Sequence record: DRR378314_1378
Reading direction: 5' to 3' (one strand)
DNA: 64,000 nucleotides
Shown: piece after piece, positions 19,484 to 27,458 of the stretch
How positions within the stretch are numbered: position 1 is the stretch's first letter
How the letters are laid out: every line of letters begins with the position of its first letter
Position numbers and translations under genes: made by a program
Notes under the pieces: generated by a model
The model's input: only the letters and a program-made list of their open reading frames with translations
Databases searched by the model: none
Told to the model about the DNA's origin: nothing

Positions 19484-19511
19484 TATGCTTACGATTTATA
19501 TTATGTTAAAT
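19484..19511 (+). other. dif: dif-like XerC/XerD site (attR; XerC arm probably phage-derived)
   Basis: TATGCTTACGA-TTTATA-TTATGTTAAAT. Confidence 0.9.
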
Positions 19512-19528
19512 AAGATAAATTAATAACC

Positions 19529-19533
19529 ATAGC
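19529..19533 (+). repeat. 5-bp target-site duplication ATAGC (left copy)
   Basis: Immediately precedes TGTAAG; identical to 63978-63982. Confidence 0.9.
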
Positions 19534-19746
19534 TGTAAGGGGTTGTTCATTTCTAGAATAATGATGATATGAGGATTTTCGCCCTCGTCTTTTGGAAAAG
19601 CCCATTATTACTGGGTTTGGTGAACCATGAGCGCAAAATTAAGTAAATTCGGATTACGCTTGGTTTTAGACGAAACCTGTTCAAACTGACTCATTCCCCG
19701 ATCATTCCTGCTCATTATACGTTTAGAATTAGATCATTCCTGATCG

Positions 19747-19796
19747 TTTAACTTTCCTTTAAATACACTTTAAACGCCTTTTAAACGCTATTTAAA
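19747..19796. repeat. TTTAAA array, 11-bp period (left end)
   Basis: TTTAA(A/C) at 19747, 19758, 19769, 19780, 19791. Confidence 0.85.
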
Positions 19797-19815
19797 TATT
19801 TTGAGCTGCCGATGT

Positions 19816-20958
19816 TTAAACTTTTTCGGCAGCTACAATTGTATTGAACGTTGGGCCTAGCTCTACGGTGATCATAAAACCTTGATACGATATTTTTACT
19901 TGGTTGCCTATATAAGCAAATGTATTTGGATTTTGAACAGCGTTCATTAGTTCGTGTATTTGCTCAATTGCTAGTTGGCCAGTTAAAAACTTTTCAATTT
20001 GAGCGCTGCTGACTGTAACAGCGCTACTATATATAGGTGCGTTTTTACGTGACAACTCGTTTAGTAAATTTACAGGCAAGTGCCCTAACGTAAATTGCTG
20101 GCTATCTGGTACCGACTTTTTAAGCGCTAACTTTGCTGCTTGTAAGTTTACCTGCTTTATATAGTACTGCTGAGATTTTAAAACTGCTTCGTTAAATTGT
20201 GGTACCGCTAACTTTTGAATGTCAGTTGATAACGTCATAACTGATTTACCCGCTGCAATGTCTGCACCTAGCCATGCTTTACCAGGATTATAATCCCAAC
20301 CCAAATCAATGCCTGGTAACTTACTCAGTTCTTCGCCTGTTGATGGGTCTACCACTTTAAAAGACTCAGTAAACTTTTTAACTGCTTCTGGCTTAGTTAC
20401 TGATAATCCCATGCGTGCAATATCACGCGCATTAAGTGATACCACCTTACACCTGCAGTTATAACCATTTGGCGGATAATGTGTATCCCAAAACGGATGA
20501 TCTACAGGCAGTAAAATGTAATTCCACTTACCGTGTTCAGGTCTTACACGGCTATCACCAGCTGTTAAGTATAATAAATATGGCCTGCGCTCTTTTAAAC
20601 GTTCTTGTTGTTGCCAACGGCCAGCTGCACGCGCAGTGTTTTTATTGTTTTGATATATAACTTTAGTACGCCAGCCCCGTTTGCCATTGTATGACCAACC
20701 GTGATCATCAACTATTTTGTCAAAGCGCTTTCTAAAGTCCGATATTGTCTCGCCATCACTAATCGCTTTATCTACTGCTTTATATAGCTCGTTTATAATT
20801 TCGATTTGTGTTGCACCGGCAACGGTAAATGCTTTGGCGTGAACTAAGCCTTGTAAGTCTTTATATGACTCACTAGTAAGCTTAATTTTGTCTTTGAAAT
20901 GAGAAATGGCTTCCTTGAACTTAACAAGGTCGCCATATTGTGGAGCTGGTAAGGCCAT
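19816..20958 (-). CDS. Mu gp30 (F)-like minor head morphogenesis protein
   Basis: AFTVAG, DSRVRPEH, YPPNGYNCRCKV and GWDYNPG motifs. Confidence 0.9.
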   Translation of the reverse strand: MALPAPQYGDLVKFKEAISHFKDKIKLTSESYKDLQGLVHAKAFTVAGATQIEIINELYKAVDKAISDGETISDFRKRFDKIVDDHGWSYNGKRGWRTKVIYQNNKNTARAAGRWQQQERLKERRPYLLYLTAGDSRVRPEHGKWNYILLPVDHPFWDTHYPPNGYNCRCKVVSLNARDIARMGLSVTKPEAVKKFTESFKVVDPSTGEELSKLPGIDLGWDYNPGKAWLGADIAAGKSVMTLSTDIQKLAVPQFNEAVLKSQQYYIKQVNLQAAKLALKKSVPDSQQFTLGHLPVNLLNELSRKNAPIYSSAVTVSSAQIEKFLTGQLAIEQIHELMNAVQNPNTFAYIGNQVKISYQGFMITVELGPTFNTIVAAEKV

Positions 20959-20959
20959 A

Positions 20960-21502
20960 TTAGTGCACTTTTAGCGACTGTTGAATGTCTTGAATTTCGT
21001 TTCTACGTGAATTATCACGGCTATTACCAAAGAAGAAATTCAATATTGACGCTACAACGGTGCCCAAAATAAAGCCCAAAATGGTGTCTGCAAAGCGTGT
21101 TGCGGTATCTGGTATTGTTAAAAACGTTATACAGCCTATGTATATAACCGTTGCAACCGACCAAAACCACGCATAGTAATAAATGAAGCGTTTAGAAAAC
21201 TTATCATCTTGATTAAGTGCCTGTATCTGCATGTTGCGGGCGCTTTGGGTATTTTTAAACGCTAAATCATCAAGCTCTTTTTCACGGTTTAATACCAGCG
21301 TTTTGAACTCGTTTTTAAAGGCTTGTGATTGTTGAATACGTTCAAATGCCTGTTGTGGTGTATCACCGTTGGTTAGGTTCTGCGCCATATCAAGCACTTT
21401 TGAGGCCACTTTAGATCCATTGTCGCCCCCTATCCAACTGCCTATTTTTTTATCCAGGCCTGTGAGCTTTGCAAGGCCGAGTGCTATTGTAATTGGGTCC
21501 AT
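20960..21502 (-). CDS. Holin-like membrane protein
   Basis: SARNMQ motif followed by two TM helices and FFFGNSR. Confidence 0.6.
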   Translation of the reverse strand: MDPITIALGLAKLTGLDKKIGSWIGGDNGSKVASKVLDMAQNLTNGDTPQQAFERIQQSQAFKNEFKTLVLNREKELDDLAFKNTQSARNMQIQALNQDDKFSKRFIYYYAWFWSVATVIYIGCITFLTIPDTATRFADTILGFILGTVVASILNFFFGNSRDNSRRNEIQDIQQSLKVH

Positions 21503-21504
21503 AG

Positions 21505-21948
21505 TTATACCTTTATATAGTCATCGTAAGATTTGCCGTCAATTTTAATAAGCTCTAAACCTTCAAGCTTTTTATACTGACGAACGAGGCTTTTAGCGGT
21601 TGTAAAATCACATGTGTTGTACTCAGTTTTTTCATACAACTCTGGCATTTCTTTTTTTGCACGGCGCTTACCCCATACTTTTTCTGCATCTTTTATTGAT
21701 TTGGCTGTGTATTTGGCGCGGGTTCGTTTGCGCCAAAGATCAGGGATACATGTAGGACGCTCATTGTCTTTAGAGTACCAGCCGCCCTTAATTACATCGT
21801 CTACGTAAACTACTAAGCTTGTTTTAGACTCAGATACGCGCCCGCGTGTAACTGTTATTTCAAACTCACCGTATTTGAAAATAACAGAGCCAAAAAAACC
21901 TGCTAAGTGCTTCTCTATCTCTATCCACTGCTCTTTTGTGATGGCCAT
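21505..21948 (-). CDS. Hypothetical phage protein
   Basis: Within the operon, with a plausible RBS. Confidence 0.6.
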   Translation of the reverse strand: MAITKEQWIEIEKHLAGFFGSVIFKYGEFEITVTRGRVSESKTSLVVYVDDVIKGGWYSKDNERPTCIPDLWRKRTRAKYTAKSIKDAEKVWGKRRAKKEMPELYEKTEYNTCDFTTAKSLVRQYKKLEGLELIKIDGKSYDDYIKV

Positions 21949-21958
21949 AAGCGCCCCG

Positions 21959-22573
21959 CTACAGTTTTGCTATATCGAGTGAAATTGCTTGTTCAATACC
22001 TTTATCATCTTGCTTGTAAAAGCGGATAAAACGGCTCGAATCAACCACACCAACAGACTCTGCAATAATGTTCATGGCTTTGGTCCATTTGCCTGAATCG
22101 TCTGAAATTTCGAGTTTACGCAGGGCTAAAATGCGTTGAGGATTAAGTGATCCTTGCTTATCGGTATTGAATGTTTTGCTTACAATGGCTTTAATGTTTT
22201 GATTGCCGCCTTCGGTCCATTCGTCCAGGCATTGATCAATTAACTCTTTAGCAAGGCTAAGTTCTGGGCCAAGTTCAATGCGCTCTTGGGTTTGGAGTGT
22301 TACTTTTAGTAGGCTATCAAAAGTGCGCAGCGTCACATTCCCTTTTTTACCGCCTAAACTAACGCCATGCTCTTGCGCTAATAGCTCTATAAAGTCGTCG
22401 GCTTCGGCCATTAAGCTTTGCTTAAACTCTGCCAGTGCTTCTTGCATTTCAAGGGCTTTATCAATGGCTTTTTTAACAAACTCATCTTTGATCAAATCGG
22501 TTGGTTTAATGTTGGCAACGGCTACTAAATTACCCTTCCCATCTTTTAAGTAACCTTCAGGAACATTATTCAT
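21959..22573 (-). CDS. DUF3164 family Mu-like phage protein
   Basis: GGKKGNVTL...AKELIDQCLDEW...FIRFY motifs. Confidence 0.8.
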   Translation of the reverse strand: MNNVPEGYLKDGKGNLVAVANIKPTDLIKDEFVKKAIDKALEMQEALAEFKQSLMAEADDFIELLAQEHGVSLGGKKGNVTLRTFDSLLKVTLQTQERIELGPELSLAKELIDQCLDEWTEGGNQNIKAIVSKTFNTDKQGSLNPQRILALRKLEISDDSGKWTKAMNIIAESVGVVDSSRFIRFYKQDDKGIEQAISLDIAKL

Positions 22574-24065
22574 CGTCTATCTCCACAGTTTTAGAATTAG
22601 CCTCGTTCATGCCTGCCATAAACTCATACTCCATTGCTGTTTGAGCAACGTCTGCTAGTGCTGAGTCTGAAATATCAGGGAATTGCGAGGTTATTTTTTG
22701 CTTAAGTTCGTCCAGGCTTTTAGATGCCTGAGCAAATTGAAAAATCTGTTTGATGGTGTCGTCACTCGCGTGATCAAACACATCAAATTCGTTGGTTAGC
22801 TCTACGGCATCCATTTGTTTTTTGGCAAACTCAGTTTTAGCAGCCGTGGCTATGCCTTGGCCTTCATCGGGTACCTCAAGGATTACTTCGCCATCTTTTG
22901 GTTTTGGTACACCCAGTTCTTGATAAGCCCAGTCTTCACCTACAGGCACAATACGGGCTGTTTCGCGTACGCGGGTTACTGTGTCGGTGTTGATCTCACG
23001 CTTGTCTTTAAAGATGAATTTAGGAGGCTCACCGCCATCAAAATTTACTGTATGAAGTGAATTTAAAAGCTGGTTACGAAAAGAGGCAACAAGTGCCCTG
23101 TCTGAGCGTTGATTATCGCCTGCACGTTTTGCGTGAGTTTCACTGGCTGCACGTGCACCACCATTTTTTTGCTCGGTTGCTAGTGTTTGGCTGGTAAGCG
23201 CTTTGCTTATTTCAGCATTACAAAAGTTAACAAGGCGCTCTGGTACTGGCTCGCCAGATATTTTGCTTTCAATAATATCAATGCTAGTGTCATCAGGTAT
23301 GGCAGCAATGCCATCACTCACCAGCTTAGCTAAGCCATCTAATAAATTTTCAATGTCTTTGTCTTTACTGGCGATTGGGTATTTGCCCACGGGAAATGGA
23401 ATACCAAAGCGTTCGCACAGCTGTACAAAAAACTTAAAGCCGCCGTGTTTAAAGGTCCACGGCCAAAAGCAACTACTTAATAATGCGATACCATACGGGT
23501 TTTCTGCGCTTGGCATGTGGCGAACGCATGACCAGCGTCGTTGATCGACTAACTCGCCTTGTGGGTTTTCGCTGGTTTTTACAAGCAGCTCGTGATCACT
23601 ATTAAACGCAAAACGGCTGTTGCGCCAAGTCTCTACATATTCGGGTTGCCAATGGCCCTCGTGCTTAATGTACTTGCCCAAGTGGGTCACACTAAACCCG
23701 TTTAAAATAGCGCTGTAATTGTGCCAATCCATATCGGCCCATTCTGTATGAGCACACGGTTTACGCGCAAAAAACGCTTTAGCTAGTTCATAACTTTTTA
23801 AGCTGGCGGCATCGTCACCGCCTGGTACTAACTCGGTATTAAAGCTAAATAAACCGCTACGTAGCGAGCGCAGTTCACCAATAACATGGGCATCACGGGC
23901 TATTTCTTCATAAATAGCGGTGTTTTTACCTGCGCGACGCAATATTGGATCAGGGTTTGGTAGCTCAGTAATAAGCGACGTTAGGCTTGGGTCTATACGG
24001 TTTTGGTCAAACATACGCGTAAGTGCGGCGTATGCTGTAGATTTAATGCGTGGCTTGCTATACAT
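22566..24065 (-). CDS. Portal protein (Mu gp29 / DUF935)
   Basis: RDAHV, NPYG, ERFGIP.PVGKY and EISKAL..QTL motifs. Confidence 0.9.
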   Translation of the reverse strand: MYSKPRIKSTAYAALTRMFDQNRIDPSLTSLITELPNPDPILRRAGKNTAIYEEIARDAHVIGELRSLRSGLFSFNTELVPGGDDAASLKSYELAKAFFARKPCAHTEWADMDWHNYSAILNGFSVTHLGKYIKHEGHWQPEYVETWRNSRFAFNSDHELLVKTSENPQGELVDQRRWSCVRHMPSAENPYGIALLSSCFWPWTFKHGGFKFFVQLCERFGIPFPVGKYPIASKDKDIENLLDGLAKLVSDGIAAIPDDTSIDIIESKISGEPVPERLVNFCNAEISKALTSQTLATEQKNGGARAASETHAKRAGDNQRSDRALVASFRNQLLNSLHTVNFDGGEPPKFIFKDKREINTDTVTRVRETARIVPVGEDWAYQELGVPKPKDGEVILEVPDEGQGIATAAKTEFAKKQMDAVELTNEFDVFDHASDDTIKQIFQFAQASKSLDELKQKITSQFPDISDSALADVAQTAMEYEFMAGMNEANSKTVEIDDE

Positions 24066-25797
24066 GATAGCCCCTTATTTGTTTGGTCACTTTGCGGCTA
24101 TTAACACGGGGAATACCACCCGCACCAGTGCTGGCTATCATCCATAAAATGGCTAAGCCACAGCTTAAATCGTAGTGATGGTTTGTTTGCTTCTCAGGCC
24201 AGTTTTCAAGCTCATCAAGAAGTAACCGACACCGTGAATGAAAGGCAATCTGTGCGGGTGTATTCGTTACATAAGTTTCTAATGAGCCTATACGTTCCTC
24301 AGCAGGTATGGTTGCTGTAACACCGCGTAACGGCAGTGCTATACCTTGCTCTAGGCCTGTGGTAATAAATTGGCTGCGCATAAAATCAAAGGCGTTGTTG
24401 TTTTCAAAGCCCCACACGCGGCAGTTATATTCTTTTTGCGCGCGTATTAAATCGTTTAATAAGCGGCTGGTACCACGCACTTTACGGCTTTCGTACTCAA
24501 CGTGTAGTTTTTGTAATTCATTGGAGTAAAAGCCCACTAATATTGCGCTGGGGTCGGCTTTTTCGGTTTTGCCCATACTTGGATCACATGCGCCGTAAGG
24601 TATCCATTCGTTTAAGCGATCAACCCAAAAATCAAACTGGTAAAATATGGCTTCTTCGTCGCTTTTGGCAATGCCTTGCATCTCGCGGTTAAACTCACGT
24701 TTATTAGCCGCCCACATACACATTAAATCGTAAAGCGAACGTACACTCGGCCAACTAGTCGTAGCACCCTTAAGCATTTGCTTTTTGCGCTTGATCCAAA
24801 ACTTAAACGACGGTTTTTGCTCTGTTGAAACCGCTTCACCTTTGGCTGCGGCACGTTTTTCAAAGCGTTTGTCGTCATGCACCATTAAATCGCGGCATTC
24901 TTCCCATAGGTCCATGCGTTCAGGCATTTGCTCGATGGCTTTAAAGCGGTGAACTATGTGCCCTGGTGCTTCTTCAGCACGGCTTATTGGGTCATCGTTG
25001 TTTAAAACTGTGTTTACCCCTAAGAATTTTACGGTGCCATCAGGTGGGCCAAGGTATTGCACGGCTGCTTCTAGAAAGCGCCAGCGGTTATCACGCTCAG
25101 TAGGCGATTTTGCCTCGGCATCGGTAATAATGTCATCGGATAGCAGTAGCTTAGGGCGGCTGGCACCATGGAACGTACCGCGTACAGATTGCTCAGCACC
25201 GCGGCTTTCAAAGCGCACACCTTGGGCTGTTACAAATTCGCCTAACTTCCAAACTGGGGATTTTTGACATACTTCAGGGAAGTCTAACGCCAAGTTATTA
25301 TTGTTAAGCAGTTCGGTCTTAACCACCTCGAGTGTTTTTGTTGGCATTTTGGTTTCAGCGCCAAACAAAATAATAAAGTCGATGAATTGGGTTATTTTGG
25401 CAAGGCCCAGGTCTTTGCATATATCAGGGTCTTGCAGTAGTGCTTGTACGGCGACATAAACGGGCGCTATTTTTACGCCAAGGGTACTTTTACCCTCACC
25501 ACGTGGGGCAACAAACCAGTTTTTCCAGCCGTTTTTTAGCTTAAGTGCTTCTGGGAACCAGTTCATAAAGTAGCTTTGGAATTCAGAGGCCTCTTGATCG
25601 TCATCAAGCCACATATGATGTGGAAAATACGTATACACAAAAAACTCAAAGTCGCCAGCTAGCACCCGTTTGCGGCGCTCTTTTACAGCTGCAGGGCTTG
25701 GGTCAATATTGCGCTCTTTGGCTTCAATATCACGGCGTAGTGAGCCGGTGATTTGTTCTATTTCAGCTAAGAACTTACGTGAATTCATATCGGCCAT
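24058..25797 (-). CDS. Terminase large subunit
   Basis: APRGEGKST, RPKLLLSDD and ACDPSMGK nuclease motifs. Confidence 0.9.
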   Translation of the reverse strand: MADMNSRKFLAEIEQITGSLRRDIEAKERNIDPSPAAVKERRKRVLAGDFEFFVYTYFPHHMWLDDDQEASEFQSYFMNWFPEALKLKNGWKNWFVAPRGEGKSTLGVKIAPVYVAVQALLQDPDICKDLGLAKITQFIDFIILFGAETKMPTKTLEVVKTELLNNNNLALDFPEVCQKSPVWKLGEFVTAQGVRFESRGAEQSVRGTFHGASRPKLLLSDDIITDAEAKSPTERDNRWRFLEAAVQYLGPPDGTVKFLGVNTVLNNDDPISRAEEAPGHIVHRFKAIEQMPERMDLWEECRDLMVHDDKRFEKRAAAKGEAVSTEQKPSFKFWIKRKKQMLKGATTSWPSVRSLYDLMCMWAANKREFNREMQGIAKSDEEAIFYQFDFWVDRLNEWIPYGACDPSMGKTEKADPSAILVGFYSNELQKLHVEYESRKVRGTSRLLNDLIRAQKEYNCRVWGFENNNAFDFMRSQFITTGLEQGIALPLRGVTATIPAEERIGSLETYVTNTPAQIAFHSRCRLLLDELENWPEKQTNHHYDLSCGLAILWMIASTGAGGIPRVNSRKVTKQIRGYHV

Positions 25798-26303
25798 TAG
25801 TCGCTTAACTCCTGATCGAGCTTAGGCGCAAAGGCCGTGAGTATTTCAACAAACTCAGGGGCAAAGTCTGGGTATTTGGTTGATACAAACTTAGCGAGTA
25901 TTTTAACGACCTCAGCAGCTATAGTGCGTTTTTCAAGGCGTTTATTACCACCTGATATCTTCATTACCTTGCTCATCATGTCGGTGAGTGAGCTGAGTAT
26001 TTTGGTACGTTGGTCAAGTGATAGCGCTGCACCTTCAGGCGATTTTAAAAGCTCAAAGGTTTCGTTAACTTGAATGGTGAATTCTTCAATAAAGTCGGTG
26101 GTAAACTCCCCTGCTGTGCCTTCACTGCGGCGGCTTGCTGCGCGGGCTAAATCCCAATCGTCGCCGTTGTCTTTAGCTTCCATTTTCCAGCGTCGTGCTG
26201 TGCCGTCGGCCACGCTGTGTTTTATGGCAGCCACACTTAACGCGAGCAGCTCGGTTACATAGCTGTGGCGTATAGCGTTTTTCTTTTCTGCAGGGTGCGC
26301 CAT
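25797..26303 (-). CDS. DUF1804-like terminase small subunit
   Basis: MAH... HTH and TARRWK...GDDWD.ARAA; directly upstream of the large subunit. Confidence 0.8.
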   Translation of the reverse strand: MAHPAEKKNAIRHSYVTELLALSVAAIKHSVADGTARRWKMEAKDNGDDWDLARAASRRSEGTAGEFTTDFIEEFTIQVNETFELLKSPEGAALSLDQRTKILSSLTDMMSKVMKISGGNKRLEKRTIAAEVVKILAKFVSTKYPDFAPEFVEILTAFAPKLDQELSD

Positions 26304-26641
26304 TAGTTCATCAACCCATTTTTTACAGCATAGGCTATCAGCGATACAGCTAAGCCCGCAGAGCCACCCATAGCAGCCACCTTAACGCGCTGGTTAGTGA
26401 GCTTTTCTTCAACCTTCGCTAAGCGCTCGTCTTGCTTATTAATGGCTGTGACTTGGCGTTTTTCGCTTTTTTCTATATCAATCTTTAAGCTATCTGTTAT
26501 TTCTTTTTGACGTGCTTCGCTTTTTTCAATGCTTTGGTGAATATCAGCTTTAATGTCTTTTAAGTCATTTAAAATAGCCGCCTGACTACCCTGTATTTCA
26601 CCGATGGCTTGAAATAATAAGTTTTCTTGTTCTTGATTCAT
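26303..26641 (-). CDS. Coiled-coil protein with C-terminal TM (lysis/packaging region)
   Basis: IGEIQG motif, coiled coil, hydrophobic tail. Confidence 0.55.
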   Translation of the reverse strand: MNQEQENLLFQAIGEIQGSQAAILNDLKDIKADIHQSIEKSEARQKEITDSLKIDIEKSEKRQVTAINKQDERLAKVEEKLTNQRVKVAAMGGSAGLAVSLIAYAVKNGLMN

Positions 26642-26650
26642 GGGTGGTCC

Positions 26651-27094
26651 TTACGGTTTAAATACTTTAATGCCCGTCCATGTAGGCGTGCGTACATCAA
26701 AATGAAACCAACTTACTTGCCCTTCAATGGCAGTGATGTAGGGGAATTCTTGCGGGTGGGCTAATACGTAATCACGAACTTGCTGAGCGGTGTAATTAGT
26801 AAAACTGCAATCGAATGCTTTACCTAGCTTGTGCTGGCTGCGTTTTGCGCCAATAGTGCAATCAAGTGGGCGATAGCCACGATATTGATTAGCGCCACCC
26901 CAGCTCCAGCTATTTACAGTGCATGGGCCAAATGTGTCGCGTAACTTTTGCAACATACGCAATGCGCGGTCATCAAATAGGTGGTTCAAAAACAAAGGGT
27001 CGTCTTTATAAAGCTCAAATATGGCTTTTGGTACTAATTCTTGAAACGTAAAGCTTGGGGCAGTCGGTACTACCACTTTTCTTTTAAGCGCCAT
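26651..27094 (-). CDS. Peptidase M15-type endolysin
   Basis: RGYR...SQHKLGKAFD...WFHFD zinc-peptidase motifs. Confidence 0.8.
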   Translation of the reverse strand: MALKRKVVVPTAPSFTFQELVPKAIFELYKDDPLFLNHLFDDRALRMLQKLRDTFGPCTVNSWSWGGANQYRGYRPLDCTIGAKRSQHKLGKAFDCSFTNYTAQQVRDYVLAHPQEFPYITAIEGQVSWFHFDVRTPTWTGIKVFKP

Positions 27095-27335
27095 GCTGCT
27101 GAGTCCTCATTTTAGTTAAATGTTGTTTTGTTAGGACGTAACAGGCAGGTAAGCGGGTATTACGCGCCGGCTTTTTGTTCGCTGGGTTTAGCAGCGATTT
27201 AACGCGGGTACGCAATGCGGGCAGGTCTTTTAGCGGGCAACGGCGAGAAATTGCTATTTGCTCGGCTTTAGAACTGGCCTTAATAATTTGTTGAGCTAAA
27301 AACTCAATAAATGGCGCATGCACTGTATTTGTCAT
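27084..27335 (-). CDS. Hypothetical protein (first gene of lysis/packaging operon)
   Basis: ORF overlapping the endolysin start. Confidence 0.5.
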   Translation of the reverse strand: MTNTVHAPFIEFLAQQIIKASSKAEQIAISRRCPLKDLPALRTRVKSLLNPANKKPARNTRLPACYVLTKQHLTKMRTQQHGA

Positions 27336-27458
27336 GCTGGTAGTAAATCAATTTAGGAGGTTGGGTAACACTGTAAAGTTGTTTGCGGCTAGGGCTTTCG
27401 GGCTGGTCTATTAGGTTAAATTAAAAAGGCTTGCATCTGCAAGCCATAAATAAAGAGA

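Larger units (their letters stand above)
6567..19511. mobile_element. PM2-like (corticovirus-related) double-jelly-roll prophage integrated at dif, no integrase gene (IMEX)
   Basis: Flanking dif repeats; PM2-like gene order ATPase-P7-P2-P3-P4-P8-j-P10-P1-P5-P6-lysis; rolling-circle initiator. Confidence 0.93.

Noticed and set aside
19747-19796. TTTAAA arrays as CRISPR or tandem-duplication repeats
   Set aside because: Units are 6 bp with 5-bp unrelated spacers; no cas genes
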